Below are positions 1 through 13,297 of a stretch of 64,000 nt of DNA, one piece after another (positions within the stretch are counted from its first letter, which is position 1; each line of letters starts with the position of its first letter). Made by a program: the position numbers and the translations under genes. This DNA comes from Octopus vulgaris (Eukaryota). The stretch spans positions 9,486,001-9,550,000 of the forward strand of contig OX597843.1 of the NCBI GenBank assembly GCA_951406725.2. The letters run 5' to 3'. The notes beneath the pieces are model-generated. The model saw only the letters and a list, made by a program, of their open reading frames with translations. It did no database searches and was not told the origin of the DNA.

Positions 1-140
1 TGCCTCTCGAAGTGTGTGCGCCCTCTGGTACTGCGAGTAGATGGCTTCCAGAGGAGAAGAGTAGAAATTGCCTCGTTTTCAGCTCTACAACAATGTCCAG
101 CAAACTGGACTCTCCTACCTTTCACAAGAGATGACACATG
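1..140 (-). mobile_element. RTE-like LINE family 2, RT C-terminal fragment (runs off window start)
   Basis: Reverse complement matches 21300-21445 (VSSLVKGRRVQFAGHCCRAE...LLWKPSTR.TRGRT), including the duplication junction CACACTTCGAGAGGCA. Confidence 0.85.
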
Positions 141-141
141 G

Positions 142-917
142 CAAACTGCCATGCTCTACAGCAGCGAAACATGGGCCGTGACTGCTGAAGACATGTTGGC
201 TTGAAGGGAATGAAGCTAGCATGATCTGCTGGATGTGTAATGTCAGGGTGCGCACACGACAGAGTGTCAGCGCCCTGAGAGAAATGTTGGATATAAGAAG
301 CATCAGATGTGGCATGCAAGAGAGACGTCTGCGCTGGTATGGTCATGTACTACGGATGGATGAGGGGAGCTGTGTGAAGAAGTGTCACTCTCAAACAGTG
401 GAAGGAATCCGGGATAGAGGTAGACCCAGGAAGACATGGGATGAGGTAGTGAAGCATGACCATCGAACATTGGGCCTCACAGAAGCAATGACGAAAGACT
501 GAGACCTCTGGAGATATGCTGTGACTACAAAGACCTGGTAAATAAAGTGAGTTCACAGTCATAACCTACACAAATGTCGCATAACCAGCCCACTCAAAAA
601 GTACCTTGGATCGTCTATGCCGGTGGCACGTAAAAAACATCATCCGATCGTGGCCATTGCCAGCCTCGTCTAGACTCCGTGCCAGTGGCACGTAAAAAGT
701 ACCATCCGATCGTGGCCGTTTGCCAGCCTCGTCTGGCATCTGGCACGTAAAAAGCATCCACTACACTCACGGAGTGGTTGGCGTTAGGAAGGGCAACCAA
801 CTGTAGAAACTCAGCCATATCAGATTGGGCCTGGTGCAGCCTCCTGGCTTCCCAGACCCCAGTTGAACCGTCTAACCCATGCTAGCATGGAGTGCAGACG
901 TTAAACGATGATGATGA
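142..917 (+). mobile_element. 5'-truncated RTE-clade LINE family 1 (RT C-terminus, 3' UTR, (GAT)n tail)
   Basis: Translates to MLYSSETWAVT...ERRLRWYGHVLRMDEG...RGRPRKTW (RTE C-terminal motifs), disrupted; 3' UTR ends GACGTTAAACGATGATGATG. Confidence 0.88.
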
Positions 918-2029
918 AGCTGGCATGGGTTGGACGGTCTGGCAGGAGCTGGTAAGGCCAAGAGCCATACCAGGTGCCATAATCTGCTTTGGAATGGTTT
1001 CTACAGCTGGCTGCCCTTCCGATTGCCAAGCACTTCACAGAGTGGACAGGGTGCTTTTTACGTGGCACCAACACCGATGCCCTTCATGGGCAAGCATTAC
1101 CGAAGTGGTTTTAGGATATCAATCCTGTTCTGTTGTGGTGGGCGAGATCGTCTTGCATACAACAGTGTACCATATACTTAGGCCCTTTATCTCCTTCGTA
1201 AGTCTCAGCATTTCAACATTGGCTTTCGGAAAAACAGTACAAAAATGGTCCACATTCCACAGAAAAACACGTGCCACGTAAAGATCACCTGTGCCAGTGC
1301 CACGTATAAAGCACCTGTGCCAAGTGCTACATAGAGAGTACCTTGCACACTCTGTAGAGTGGTTGGCCTTAGGAAGGGCATCTAGCCACAGAAACGATGC
1401 CATAACGGACCAATGGAGCCTGGTGTATCCGCCCTGGTTTGCCAGCTCCTGTGAAACAGTCCAACCGACGCCAAAATGGAGAACGGATGTTAAATGATTA
1501 TGAAGATGTTGATGATGATGATGATGACAACTGCAGTGAGGACGTCTCTACGTGATCACACAACATGCTAGAAATAACAACCAAATCAATCTTAAAGTAA
1601 TACATACACCACCACCTGGTCCTTGAACTTCGAGTGAAGCCTAACACTGCCGTCTGGTTCTTGGGTGGCTTGAGTGGAAGCAAGCACTTGGGCCAAGTAT
1701 TCAGTTTGAGGGTACCTTTCCATTTTGCCCCCCCCCCCACACACACACACACAAGTGATGGAGAAGGACCAATGAGCATTTGGCTTCTTCACTGAACTAA
1801 GTACATCATCCCGAAAACCCACCGATATTTAAAACTTTCAATGGCCCTAATGGCAAAAATACTATGGAGTCTATGTTATCTAGAGTGCTCTTTAGCGTAA
1901 AGTGATGGGGGTGCACTTTGAGGAAGTAGAGGCTGCTATTTCTAGCTGATTAAGTGACAAAATGAAGCAGGGAGGGATACTCTATTTTTATAGACGCAAT
2001 GATTGACCAATAAGATAGGTAACTAAATG

Positions 2030-2675
2030 AGAAAGAGAGAGAGAGAGAGAGAGAATGGGAGAGAGAGGGAGAATGGGGGAGAGAGGGAGAATGGGACTGA
2101 AAGGCAGAGAGAGGGGGGGTGAGGGGGAGCAGGAGGTGAGAAAGACAGGGAGTAAAGTGCGTGTGAGAGAGGGAAAGGTTTGTAATGAGGGAGAGCAGGA
2201 GGTGAGAGAGAGGCAAGAAGTGTGAGAGAGAAACAAAGAGCAAGAGGAGAGAGAAAGAGAGAGAGCAAGAGGAGAGAGACAAAGAGAGCAAGAGGTGGGA
2301 GAGAGAGAAAGAAAGAGAGCAAGAGATTTGTGAGGGAAAGGGAGAAATAGAGGAAAAAAGAGAATCAGTTGGGCAGGTGAGAGAGATATACAGAGAGAGA
2401 GGAAGAAAGAGAGGGAGGAATAGAGAGAGAGAGTGGAAGAAAGAGAGGGGAGAGGAAGAGAGAGAGAAAAAGAGTGTGAGAGAGAGAGAAAGAGAGTGCG
2501 AGGGAAAGAGAGTGAAAGAGAGAGAGAAAGAGAGTGAGTGAGAGAGAGAGAGAGAGGAAGAGTGAGAGAGAGAGAGAGAGGAAGAGTGAGAGAGAGATAG
2601 GAAGAGAGTGAGAGAGAGAGAAAGAGAGTGAGAGAGAGAGAGTGAGTGGGAGAGAGAAAGAGAGTGACAGAGAGG

Positions 2676-2717
<42 letters not shown>

Positions 2718-2725
2718 AAGAGAGA
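2030..2725. repeat. GA-rich low-complexity tract
   Basis: Degenerate (GA)n throughout. Confidence 0.95.
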
Positions 2726-3114
2726 CCCCCACCACCGAATGTCAAAGACAATCCATTCCTTGAAAAGGCTTTGGTCAGCAAAAAAATATCCAGGAAACTT
2801 CTGAGAAATATTTTCAGATCTTGTTTGAAAGGAGACACACAGACAGACAGACAGACAGACAGAGAGATAGATTGAGAGGTTGGGGAAGAGTGGAGGGGGG
2901 AGGGGGACAGATGGAATAATGAATAATGATGATAGTAATAAAAAGGCGTGTGTGTGAAGGTGGAGAAGGTGAGAGAACGGGGGGATGGGGGATGGGGGGA
3001 GGAAAACTGAGGGGGTGGGGTGGGGGCATAGGAAACAATGCATGATTTCCTGTGTGGGTTTATTATGATCTAATAATGGGTCCCTGACTGCAATATCAAT
3101 GGGGGGAAGGAGAG

Positions 3115-3116
3115 AA

Positions 3117-3147
<31 letters not shown>

Positions 3148-3225
3148 TACATAGCCATGTCTGTGTATGTGTGAAATAAGTAATCAACAACCTATTGTGT
3201 GTGTATATATACATATATATATATA

Positions 3226-3278
<53 letters not shown>

Positions 3279-3321
3279 CATACATTTATAACTGTGTGTA
3301 TATGTATAAACTTAAGTATGC

Positions 3322-3354
<33 letters not shown>

Positions 3355-3415
3355 TTATATATATGTATATATATATATATAAATATATATACATATATGT
3401 ATTTATAATTATGTG

Positions 3416-3465
<50 letters not shown>

Positions 3466-3669
3466 TATGTATGTATTACACATATGTGCATATATATATA
3501 TATATATATACATATATATATGTATTTGTGTGTATGTATAAACTTAACTATGTATACACATGTGCACACACACACACACACATACATATATACAGACACA
3601 CACACACATGTACGCATTTAAAATTGTGTATGTAGGTATGTATAAACATGTGTATGTACACTCTTGTGC

Positions 3670-3709
<40 letters not shown>

Positions 3710-4245
3710 TAAATATACATAATGTAAGGATTTAGTTATTGTATGGCCCATGGCTTCCCACCTATTGTATATACATATATATATATAAGTTTATACGCAC
3801 ACATATAAACACACACACACACACACACATAGCCCACGAGGGAGGGGGACGCATATACCCCCCCTCAAATCGTCCTCAACGCCCCCCTCCGACTCCATCA
3901 TCAAGTACAACAACAATAACACAAACAGCAACACTTTTTCTTAAAGACACAGCAAATAAGCAATTTCTTACAAGTCTCCCACACACACACACACACACAA
4001 AGACCCCCAAATCCTTCCCTATCCAATTCTACCTCCTTACTCCCCAAACCCCACACCCTTCCCTGCAACCCTCTATTACTCTACCCTCTGCCCCCCACAC
4101 CCCTCCCTCCTAGTGTCTCCTGACACAGTACAATCAGTCAGTCTCCCAGTGTCTGTTGCAGCACCAGCCCTCCACCCTCGCTGCCTACTTCAGCCATCTT
4201 TCTGTCTATATATAATATACATACATGTATATATATATATAATAT

Positions 4246-4288
<43 letters not shown>

Positions 4289-4394
4289 TATATATGTATG
4301 TATATATAGATATACATACATTTACATATATAAATAAATACACATATTTATACAAACATACACACATTATATATATATATATATATACAAACAC

Positions 4395-4425
<31 letters not shown>

Positions 4426-4727
4426 CATACATATATATATATATACATACATATATATATATACATACATATATATATATATACATACATATATATATAT
4501 ACATATATATATACATACATATATATATACATACATATATATATACATACATATATAATATATATACAGACGTATATACATATATATACATACATATATA
4601 TACATATATACATACATATATATACATATATATACATATATACATATATACATATATATATACATATATACATATATATACATATATATACATAGATATA
4701 CATATATACATAGATATACATATATAC

Positions 4728-4780
<53 letters not shown>
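3115..4780. repeat. (TA)n/(CA)n/(TACA)n microsatellite fields with short unique spacers
   Basis: Direct inspection. Confidence 0.9.
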
Positions 4781-4783
<3 letters not shown>

Positions 4784-5449
4784 CACAATCATCACCGCCA
4801 CCACTGTCCTAGTCTGTCTGTTCCAATGTATCTATAGTTATTTCACACACACACACACACACACACACAGAGAGGAAATTGTGTTACCCCCCCCCCCTAT
4901 GCATCACCAGCACCATCGCCGCCGCTGCCAAGATTCCTCAATTAAAGATCTCTCATGTCAATAAGCAGATTAGGGGCCTTCCTGGGACCTGCCCTTCCTC
5001 CTCCTCCTCCTTCTCTTCTTCTTCTCCTTCTTCCTCTCTCCCAGTCTTTTTTTTTCTCTATAATCCCAGGACTAAAACTTTTTCACGGCTACCACTGCTA
5101 TTCCATTGTTGAAGGGAGAAGTAGTAGGAGGAGGAGGAATAGCTAGGGAGAGAGAGAGAGAGGGGGGCGACGAAAGCCCCCCCCCCGATGTGTTTGAGGT
5201 GTAGAGAAGAAGTGGAAGAGAGAAGGGGAGGGCACAAGGTGTGATAAGGGGGCGAGAGAGAGAGAGAGAGAGAGAGAGTGAGTGATAAGGCCTGGAGATT
5301 AAAGGACCAGGGTGTGATGAGAGAGGGGAGAGGAAGGGGATTGAGAGAGAGAGAGAGAGAGAGAGGGGGAAACATCAAAGAAACAGGGTAGGATGGTAAT
5401 GGAGAAAGAGAGAGAGAGGTTATGATGTTGGCGGTTGTCTGAGGCAGCC

Positions 5450-5885
5450 GACAGAGAGGGAGAGGAAGGGAGTTAAGAGAGAGGGAGAGAGAGAGAGGGA
5501 GAGCTTACAAGGTGTGTGTGTATGAGAGAGAGAGAGAGCTGACAAGGTGTGTATGAGAGAGAGAGAGAGAGAGAGACGGCCTGAGAGAGAGATAGACAGG
5601 ACAGAGAGAGAGAGAGAGAGTGAGAGAGGGCTGACAAGGTGTGTGTGTGTGTGTATGAGAGAGAAAGAGACGGCCAGAGAGAGAGACAGACAGACAGAGA
5701 AAGAAAGAGAGAGAGAGACGGCCAGAGAGAGAGAGACAGACAGACAGACAAAGAGAGACAGACAGAGAAAGAGAGAGAAAGCTGACAAGGTGTGTGTGTA
5801 TGAGAGAGAAAGAGAGAGACAGACAGGACAGAGAAAGAGAGACAGACAGACAAAGAGAGGTAGAGAGAGAGAGAGAGAGAGAGAA
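5450..5885. repeat. Compound GA/GACA/GT repeat with recurring unit GCTGACAAGGTGTGTGTATGAGAG
   Basis: Motif recurs near 5503, 5538, 5630 and 5781. Confidence 0.85.
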
Positions 5886-6145
5886 TATGTGCAAAAGACT
5901 AAATGAGAGACAGAGTAAAAGCTAAGAGAAAGTGTGTAGGAGGGAGAGGGAGTAGATAGATACATAATGCAAAGAGAGAAGAGGGAGGAGAAGGAGATGA
6001 ATTTACTAGGTGGAGGAGAGAAAGGAGGGAGGAGGGAGAAAGAGCAGGAGTTGTCTTTTTAAGGGTCCTCTTGTGTACAGGTATGTATATAAGTATGTGA
6101 GCGTGTGTGTGTGTGTGTGTGCGTGTATGTGTGTATCACTGTGAA

Positions 6146-6200
<55 letters not shown>

Positions 6201-6399
6201 CTGTGTATGTGTGTAGGTATGTCTGTGTATGTATATATGCGTATGTATATATGTGTATATAAGTATGTGAGTGTGTGTGTGTGTACTTCTGTGGGTGTTA
6301 GCGTGCATACGTGTGAGTGTCTGCACACGTACGTAAGGTTGTGTGTGTGTGTGTGCGTGTGTGTGTGCATCACTGTGAATGCATATATATATATATATA

Positions 6400-6563
6400 T
6401 ATTTCTTTACTACCCACAAGGGGCTAAACACAGAGGGGACAAACAAGGACAGACAAAGGATTAAGTCTTCACAACATCGACCCCGAAAGGATGAAAGGCA
6501 AAGTCGACCTCGGTGGAATTTGAACTCAGAACGTAGCGGCAGACGAAATACCTATTTCTTTAT
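6400..6563 (-). mobile_element. SINE family B fragment with unit-unit junction
   Basis: Matches 28255-28485; junction GAAATACCTATTTC at 6545-6558. Confidence 0.85.
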
Positions 6564-7294
6564 TATATATATTATATATATATATATATATATATGTCTG
6601 TGTATGTGTGTAGGTCTGTCTGTGTATGTATATATGGATACTTATGTGTCTGTTTGTGTGTGGGTGTGTGTGCTGCCATGTCCAAACTATCCCCCCCCCC
6701 CCGCTATATATGCATAAATTATTATTAACTATATACAACACCCCCACCACCACCGTTACCATCGGCCCTCTCCCTCCACCGCTACCACCATACTGGTTCA
6801 CCCTCCGCCGCCAGCGCCACCACCACCACCACCACCACCACCATCATCAGGGTGCAAACTTGGTCAACAGAGACTAAAGACAACCCACCACATCACAAGA
6901 CAGTAACTGCCATCTTCACCACCACCACCACCACCACCAGCCGCCGCCACCACCACCGACGGGGGGGGAGGGGGGAGAGAGAGGCTGGTGTCACCCAAAT
7001 CCATCTTGTCTGTCAATGCCTCACCCACCTTCACCACCATAATCACTTATGGTGGTGAAGACAAGAAGAATATATATATATATATATATATATATGAGTT
7101 TTATCAATCTGGAACAACTAGGCTGGAAGGAAGACAGGGAAAAAAAATGATGAGGAGACTGGCTGGCTGGGTACGTAGGTGGGTGGGTGGATGGATAGAT
7201 GAGTAGAGTGGGGCGGAATGAATAAAGAGATGGGGTACCTTGGGAGATAGCAGGGTATGAGGGCTGGATTGAAGGTGTATGTATATGTGAATTT

Positions 7295-7694
7295 TCTTTT
7301 ACTTGTATCAATCGTTGCACTGAGGCCATGCTGGGGCACCTTCTCCAAGATTTTTGGGAGAACAAAATGACCCCAGTAATTATCTTTTAAACCTAGTATT
7401 TATTCTATCGGTCTCTTTTGCCGAACTGCTAAGTGACGGGGACGTAAACACACCAGCATCGGTTGTCAAGCATTGATAGGGGGACAAACACAGACACACA
7501 CACGCATACATATATATATATACATATACACGACAGGCTTTTTTCAGTTTCCGGCTACCAAATCCACTCACAAGGCTTTGGTCAGCCCGGGGCTATAGCA
7601 GAAGACACTTGCCCAAGGTGTTGCGCAGTGGGACTGAACTCGGAACCATGTGGTTGGTAAGCAAGCTACTTACCACACAGCCACTCCTACGCCT
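7295..7694 (-). mobile_element. tRNA-derived SINE family A
   Basis: Minus strand begins GGCGTAGGAGTGGCTGTGTGG (A box), then AGTTCAGTCCC (B-box-like) and CCTTGGGCAAGT (CORE-like); internal (TA)(TG) tract; partial second copy at 7708-8010. Confidence 0.9.
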
Positions 7695-8216
7695 ATGTGA
7701 ATATTATTTTACTTGTATCAATCGTTGCACCGAGGCCATGCTGGGGCACCTCCTCGAAGATTTTTGGGAGAACAAAATGACCCCAGTAATCATATTTTAA
7801 ACCTGGTATTTTTATTCTATTGATCTCTTTTTGCCAAACTGCTAAGTTACAAGGATGTAAACACACCAATAGTAATTGACAGCTGGTGAGGACAAACAGA
7901 GACATACACACACTCATGTGCACACACACACACACATGAGATGGGCTTCTTTCAGTTTCTGCTTACCAAATCCACTTACAAGGCTTTCAGAGGCTCGGGG
8001 CTATAGTAGGAAGCATACATACAACACAAACAAGAGTGACTCGCATTCTTCTGCATCTGAATCTGTGTGTGTATTCATAAGCGTAAGGGCATCAAAGTGT
8101 AGGATGCTGTCCAAAGATGTCCCCTTCAACTAATGCCAACATGGGAAAACGAGGCAAAACAACACACAAATACAGAGACATCCCTTGTATTAAGGAAATT
8201 AGGTGTCTGCTATCAT

Positions 8217-8250
<34 letters not shown>

Positions 8251-8334
8251 GTTTAGCATCCGCTTTCCATGCTAGCATGGGTTGGATGGTGCAACTGGGG
8301 TCTGGGAATCCAGGAGGCTGCACCAGACTCCACT

Positions 8335-8710
8335 CTTGATCTGGCAGTGTTTCTACAGCTGCATGCCCTTCCTAATGCCAACCACTCCGAGAGTGACAAA
8401 GTTATTTTACTAAATTCTTAATTATTTCTGAAACTAATCGCAATGTATTTCAACGGGAATATGGCAGGAAAAGGGTCAGATTACAAAATAAATTTTCTTG
8501 ACCCTTACCTAGAGTTGCAGGACTCAACCTTCTGAAAGGGGGATTCAATCTTGATCTGGCAGAGTTTCTACAGCTGCATGCCCTTCCTAATGCCAACCAC
8601 TCCGAGAGTGACAAAGTTATTTTACTAAATTCTTAGAAAAGGGTCACATAACAAAATAAATTTTCGTGACCCTTATCTAGACTTGCAGGACTCAACCTTC
8701 TGAAAGGGGG
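8335..8710. repeat. Local tandem duplication, second copy internally deleted
   Basis: TCTTGATCTGGCAG...CTGAAAGGGGG at 8335-8542 and 8549-8710. Confidence 0.85.
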
Positions 8711-8988
8711 GACAGTTGGGGGGTGGACACTGAAATGCTGTGTTTAGAACAATAGTTCTTGGTTCAAACCCAGGCTGAAACATGGCAGAACGCGAGGGAG
8801 AAGAGCTTATAGACAGTGGGCCACGTATGTGCAGACATCCACATGCACGTAATGAGAGATAAGGGGGAAGAAAAAACCCCCCAAAAAACAACAACAAAAA
8901 CTGGGTGTGATGTGATAGAATGAAATGAAAGCAACAAAGCCTTAGATAATCCTCTCCTCTTTGTTGATGGAACAGAGATAATACATGC

Positions 8989-8989
<1 letters not shown>

Positions 8990-9041
<52 letters not shown>

Positions 9042-9410
9042 TAGAGAATGATAGACAAACAGGCTCATGCACACAAACACATGCATATATATGCACATGA
9101 GAGACAGACACAGGTGTATGTGTGTATAAATATATACACACACATATATATACATATATATATACATACATACATACATACACATACATACATACACATA
9201 TATACATATACATACATACACATATACATACATATATACATACATATACATACATACATACATATACATACATATATATACATATATACATACATATATA
9301 TATACATACATATATATATACATACATATATATATACGTACATATATACATACATATATATATATATACATACATATATATACATATATACATACATATA
9401 TATACATATA

Positions 9411-9492
<82 letters not shown>

Positions 9493-9587
9493 CATACATA
9501 CATATATATATACATATATATATATATTTATGAGAGTGAATGATACATAATGACGTGCACATGCACACACACTCACATAAACGTGCA

Positions 9588-9633
<46 letters not shown>

Positions 9634-9740
9634 CACACACACACACACACATATGAAAGAGAGAAAGATACAGACAGACAGATGCATAGAGATAATGACA
9701 AGCACACACGCGCGCGTGCGCACACACACACACACACACA
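8990..9740. repeat. (TA)n/(TACA)n/(CA)n microsatellite field
   Basis: Direct inspection. Confidence 0.95.
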
Positions 9741-10438
9741 CAAGGGGCCCCGGCTAGGAGTTGTTACAACAAGACCCGTCAGTTGAGTTCTGTCTTAAGC
9801 CGTAAGGTTCAACAGCTCAGATGATAATACATGAGTTTCATCTAACATGTTGTCATTTGTACTGTGTGTGTGTGTGTGTATGTGTGTGAATGAGTCGACT
9901 ATGAACATCGTTGTTGCTGTTGTTGTCATTGTCACAAAGTAGGAAGGTCATGAAGTGTCAGAGAACAGAGTATACAGCCTCGGGCCATATTTGGCAGAGT
10001 TTAGCACGATGATGGGATGGCTGCTGCTCTTACAAAAAAGATCTCGTTTCAAGAAGGAGAACTAGAAAACAATGACAAAACCAGTTTAACACCTTTGAAA
10101 TCATTAAAGCCAGTTATAATTATTTAGGGTGGTGAAATTGGCAGAATCGTCGGAATGCCTGAAGCGGTAATCGTGATTATCATTCGATGTCCATTTTCCA
10201 TGCTGGCATGGGTTCGACGGTTTGACAGGATTTGACAAGCAGTTTTCAGGCATTTCTCCAGATGGATGCCCTTCCTAACAGCAACCACTTTACAGAGATT
10301 AATGCATGATTAATTCAAAACAATCATCATTATCATTATCATTTAGCGTCCATTTTTTTTTTTCCTGCTGGTATGGGTTAGATGGTTTGACTTGAACTTG
10401 TAAACTAGAGAGCTATACCAAGTTCCAGTTTGATTTTG

Positions 10439-11145
10439 ACGCATTGTGTTCTTGAGCAAAACACTTCATTTCACATTGCTCCAGTCCATTCAGCTGGCAA
10501 AAATGAGTAACGCTGTGGACTGTCGTCCTGTCCAGCTGGGGAACACATATGCCATAAAAACCAGGAAACCGGGCCCATGAGCCTGGCTAGGCTTTGTCCC
10601 TCTACATGGCCTTGCTTTTTTGCTTTTTGAGCCCAAAAATTAACTAACTAGTTTATTTATTGTGGAGGTGTGTGGTTTAGTGGTTAGGGTGTCAGCATCA
10701 TGATCGTAAGGTTGTGGTTTCGATTCCTGGACCGGGCGATGCGTTGTGTTCTTGAGCAAAACACTTCACTTCATGTTGCTCCAGTTCACTCAGCTGGCAA
10801 AAATGAGTAACGCTGCGATGGACTGTCGTCTTGTCCAGCTGGGGAACACATATGCCATAAAAACCAGGAAACCGGGCCCATGAGCCTGGCTAGGCTTTAA
10901 AAGGACACATTTATTTATTGTAGAGGTGCGTAGTTTAGTGGTTAGGGTGTCAGCATCAATACTGTAAGATTGTGGTTTCGATTCCTGGACCGGGTGACGC
11001 GTTGTGTTCTTGAGCAAAACACTTCATTTTCACGTTGCTCCAGTCCAGTAATGCTGCAATGGACTGGCGTCCCGTCCAGCTGGGGAACACATACGCCATT
11101 GAAACCAGGAAACCGGGCCCATGAGCTTGGCTAGGCTTTAAAAGG
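10439..11145 (+). mobile_element. Three tandem copies of tRNA/CORE-like SINE family C (tail type 1)
   Basis: Head TAGTGGTTAG...GTTTCGATTCC, body GTGTTCTTGAGCAAAACACTT, tail GGGCCCATGAGCCTGGCTAGGCTTT; body and tail occur three times, first copy lacks the head. Confidence 0.88.
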
Positions 11146-11724
11146 GGCTGGATGTCCTTCATAATGCCAACCACTCCAAGAGTGTACTGGCTGCCTTTTA
11201 CATATCACTGGCATGGGTGCCTTTAATGTGTTACTGTGATGGGAATTTTTACGTGTCACCACCACAGGTGCCCTTTACATGTCACCGTCATGGGTGCATT
11301 TTACGTGTCACCATTATGGGTGACTTTCAAATGTCACTGGCACTGTCCATGACTATGATGTGGCCTGGCCTAAGGAGTCTTCTCAGATGCATCAAACCGT
11401 CAAGGGCCTCAACCATTTGTCAGCGCCTCCGTGAGATCCAGTGCAATACATTTGGCAGAGTAATTGGAAAGTGAAAGGGACCACAGGCAGCAAGCTGGCA
11501 CAATTGTTAGAGTGTCAGAAAAGATGTCGTGCACATTCATCAGTCCAGCTCTTAACATTCTGAGGCCAATTACCACTGAGGTGAACTCGGCCTCTCAACT
11601 TTTCAGGTTGATAAAGTAACAATCAAATATGGGGAAGGGTTTGTAATTCACTAACCCTTTTCTTTCAAAAATTGCTGGCCTTGTACCATAATTTAAAACC
11701 ATTATTAATATTATTATTATTATT

Positions 11725-12370
11725 GGGAGAGCAATGCATGCCAACGAAGTGAAACTGGGATAAAATATATGAAGCCCAGTTTACCCATCATGACTACCCA
11801 TCTGATAAGGACACACCAAGCACATGCATCACAACCATATGTGCATGACATGACGTGATGATCTCATATCAAGATAAACAGCTCATGACCTTGCAGGTGG
11901 GGCTCAGTTAGAATTTTCTTCAGGTTGAGTAGCCCATCCTGCTCAAAAGATCCCTGAATAAGGGTTGTTTAAGGATGTTGAACGAAACACCTACACTTCC
12001 AAAGGTGAATTATCTAAACCCCAAAGAATTCCTCTCAACACATGGCTATGATGTCCCCCACTACTTCTGCCTGAGATCAGAGATGCACATATCATCAGCC
12101 ACTAAGGAACATGCTCAACTGGTTATGGTCAAACAACTGTCAAGCAAATCTGTGGTATTGAGCAGAATATTTGCTGTAGCCCATCTTTTATACCAAGACA
12201 AAACAATGTACATGATAACACTTCCAATCAGTTCAGATCAAAAGCCATGAGAGCCACTGCCTGGTACTGCATCAGGGCATTAGCAAATCTGTGGTATTGA
12301 GCAGAATATTTGCTGTAGCCCATCTTTTAGAAGCCATGAGAGCCACTGCCTGGTACTGCATCAGGGCATT
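11725..12370. mobile_element. Unclassified ~650-bp element inside an (ATT)n tract, with partial terminal duplication
   Basis: (ATT)n on both flanks; 12283-12370 repeats 12144-12190 joined to 12242-12281. Confidence 0.55.
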
Positions 12371-12599
12371 TATTATCATCATCGTCATCATTATTGTTAT
12401 TATTATTATTATCAAAAAGGCAGGGAAGGCAGCAAGCTAGCAGAATTGTTAGCAAAGCCAGGCAAACTTTAGTGACATTTTGTCCGCCTGTACATTCCGG
12501 GCTCAAATGCCACCAAAGTCGTCCTTTCGGGGTCATCAAAGTAAGTATCAGTTGAACACTGGGGTCACTGGCCTAGTGCCAAAATTTGAAATAATAGCT

Positions 12600-12972
12600 G
12601 AAGTTGTCTGTGTATGGTAGGTTTGATAGCCTTCAACTAATACTATATCCTCCGAGACCCTGCAGCGCAAGTCGACCAAAATTGAGAGTATGATAGGAGA
12701 AGGCTTGCTCTTAATTCCGTAGAAGAAAAAATTCAAATCGGACCATGTTAACACCAAAAATTATTTACATCCAAAAAGTGCTTTTTTTCTATGAAAATCC
12801 CTATTTTTTACGATATTTTGACTGCTGTGTCACCGTTTTTCGGTGTATTTCAACCAGAAAACTGTTCACTTAAAGAGAATAACAAGATACATAATGCAAA
12901 ATTTTTACTTTTCCAAAATACCAATTCTAAAGTGTCGAAACAAACCCGAGCAACGCCGGGCGATACTGCTAG
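12600..12972 (+). mobile_element. Non-autonomous Helitron (3' end clear, 5' end uncertain)
   Basis: Hairpin CCCGAGCAACGCCGGG (12945-12960), then CTAG (12969-12972) followed by T. Confidence 0.72.
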
Positions 12973-13051
12973 TATATTTTCACAATTAAATATTATAAAG
13001 AATCGTTTATAAGAAAATTGTTAAAATGTTTTGCAAGAGTGTAACAAATTA

Positions 13052-13246
13052 ATTGCACATAAATTTTAGCAGCAAGATCTTATGTGGACCAACAAGGGTC
13101 ACGCGGACGCGGGTTGAGATCCACAGGCCCACGAGGGCTTAATCACATATTGCACATAAATTTTAGCAGCAAGATCTTATGTGGACCAACAAGGCTCACG
13201 CGGACCCGGGTTGAGATCCACGGGCCCACGAGGGCTTAATCACATA
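13052..13246. repeat. ~97-bp tandem duplication next to the CUX exon donor
   Basis: ATTGCACATAAATTTTAGC...GGGCTTAATCACATA present twice. Confidence 0.9.
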
Positions 13247-13297
13247 GCCACGAGTTTCAATTGGTGTGTGTTTTAAGTGTAATTTAAGCGACGTTAC

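Noticed and set aside
1610-1720. Possible next CUX exon on the minus strand
   Set aside because: Purine-rich acceptor context, and the phase-1 translation does not resemble the expected DP...ENQKL segment
9950-10085. Acceptor-like TTGTTTTCTAG near 10062 on the gene strand
   Set aside because: Hits a stop after about 10 codons in the required phase, with no other support
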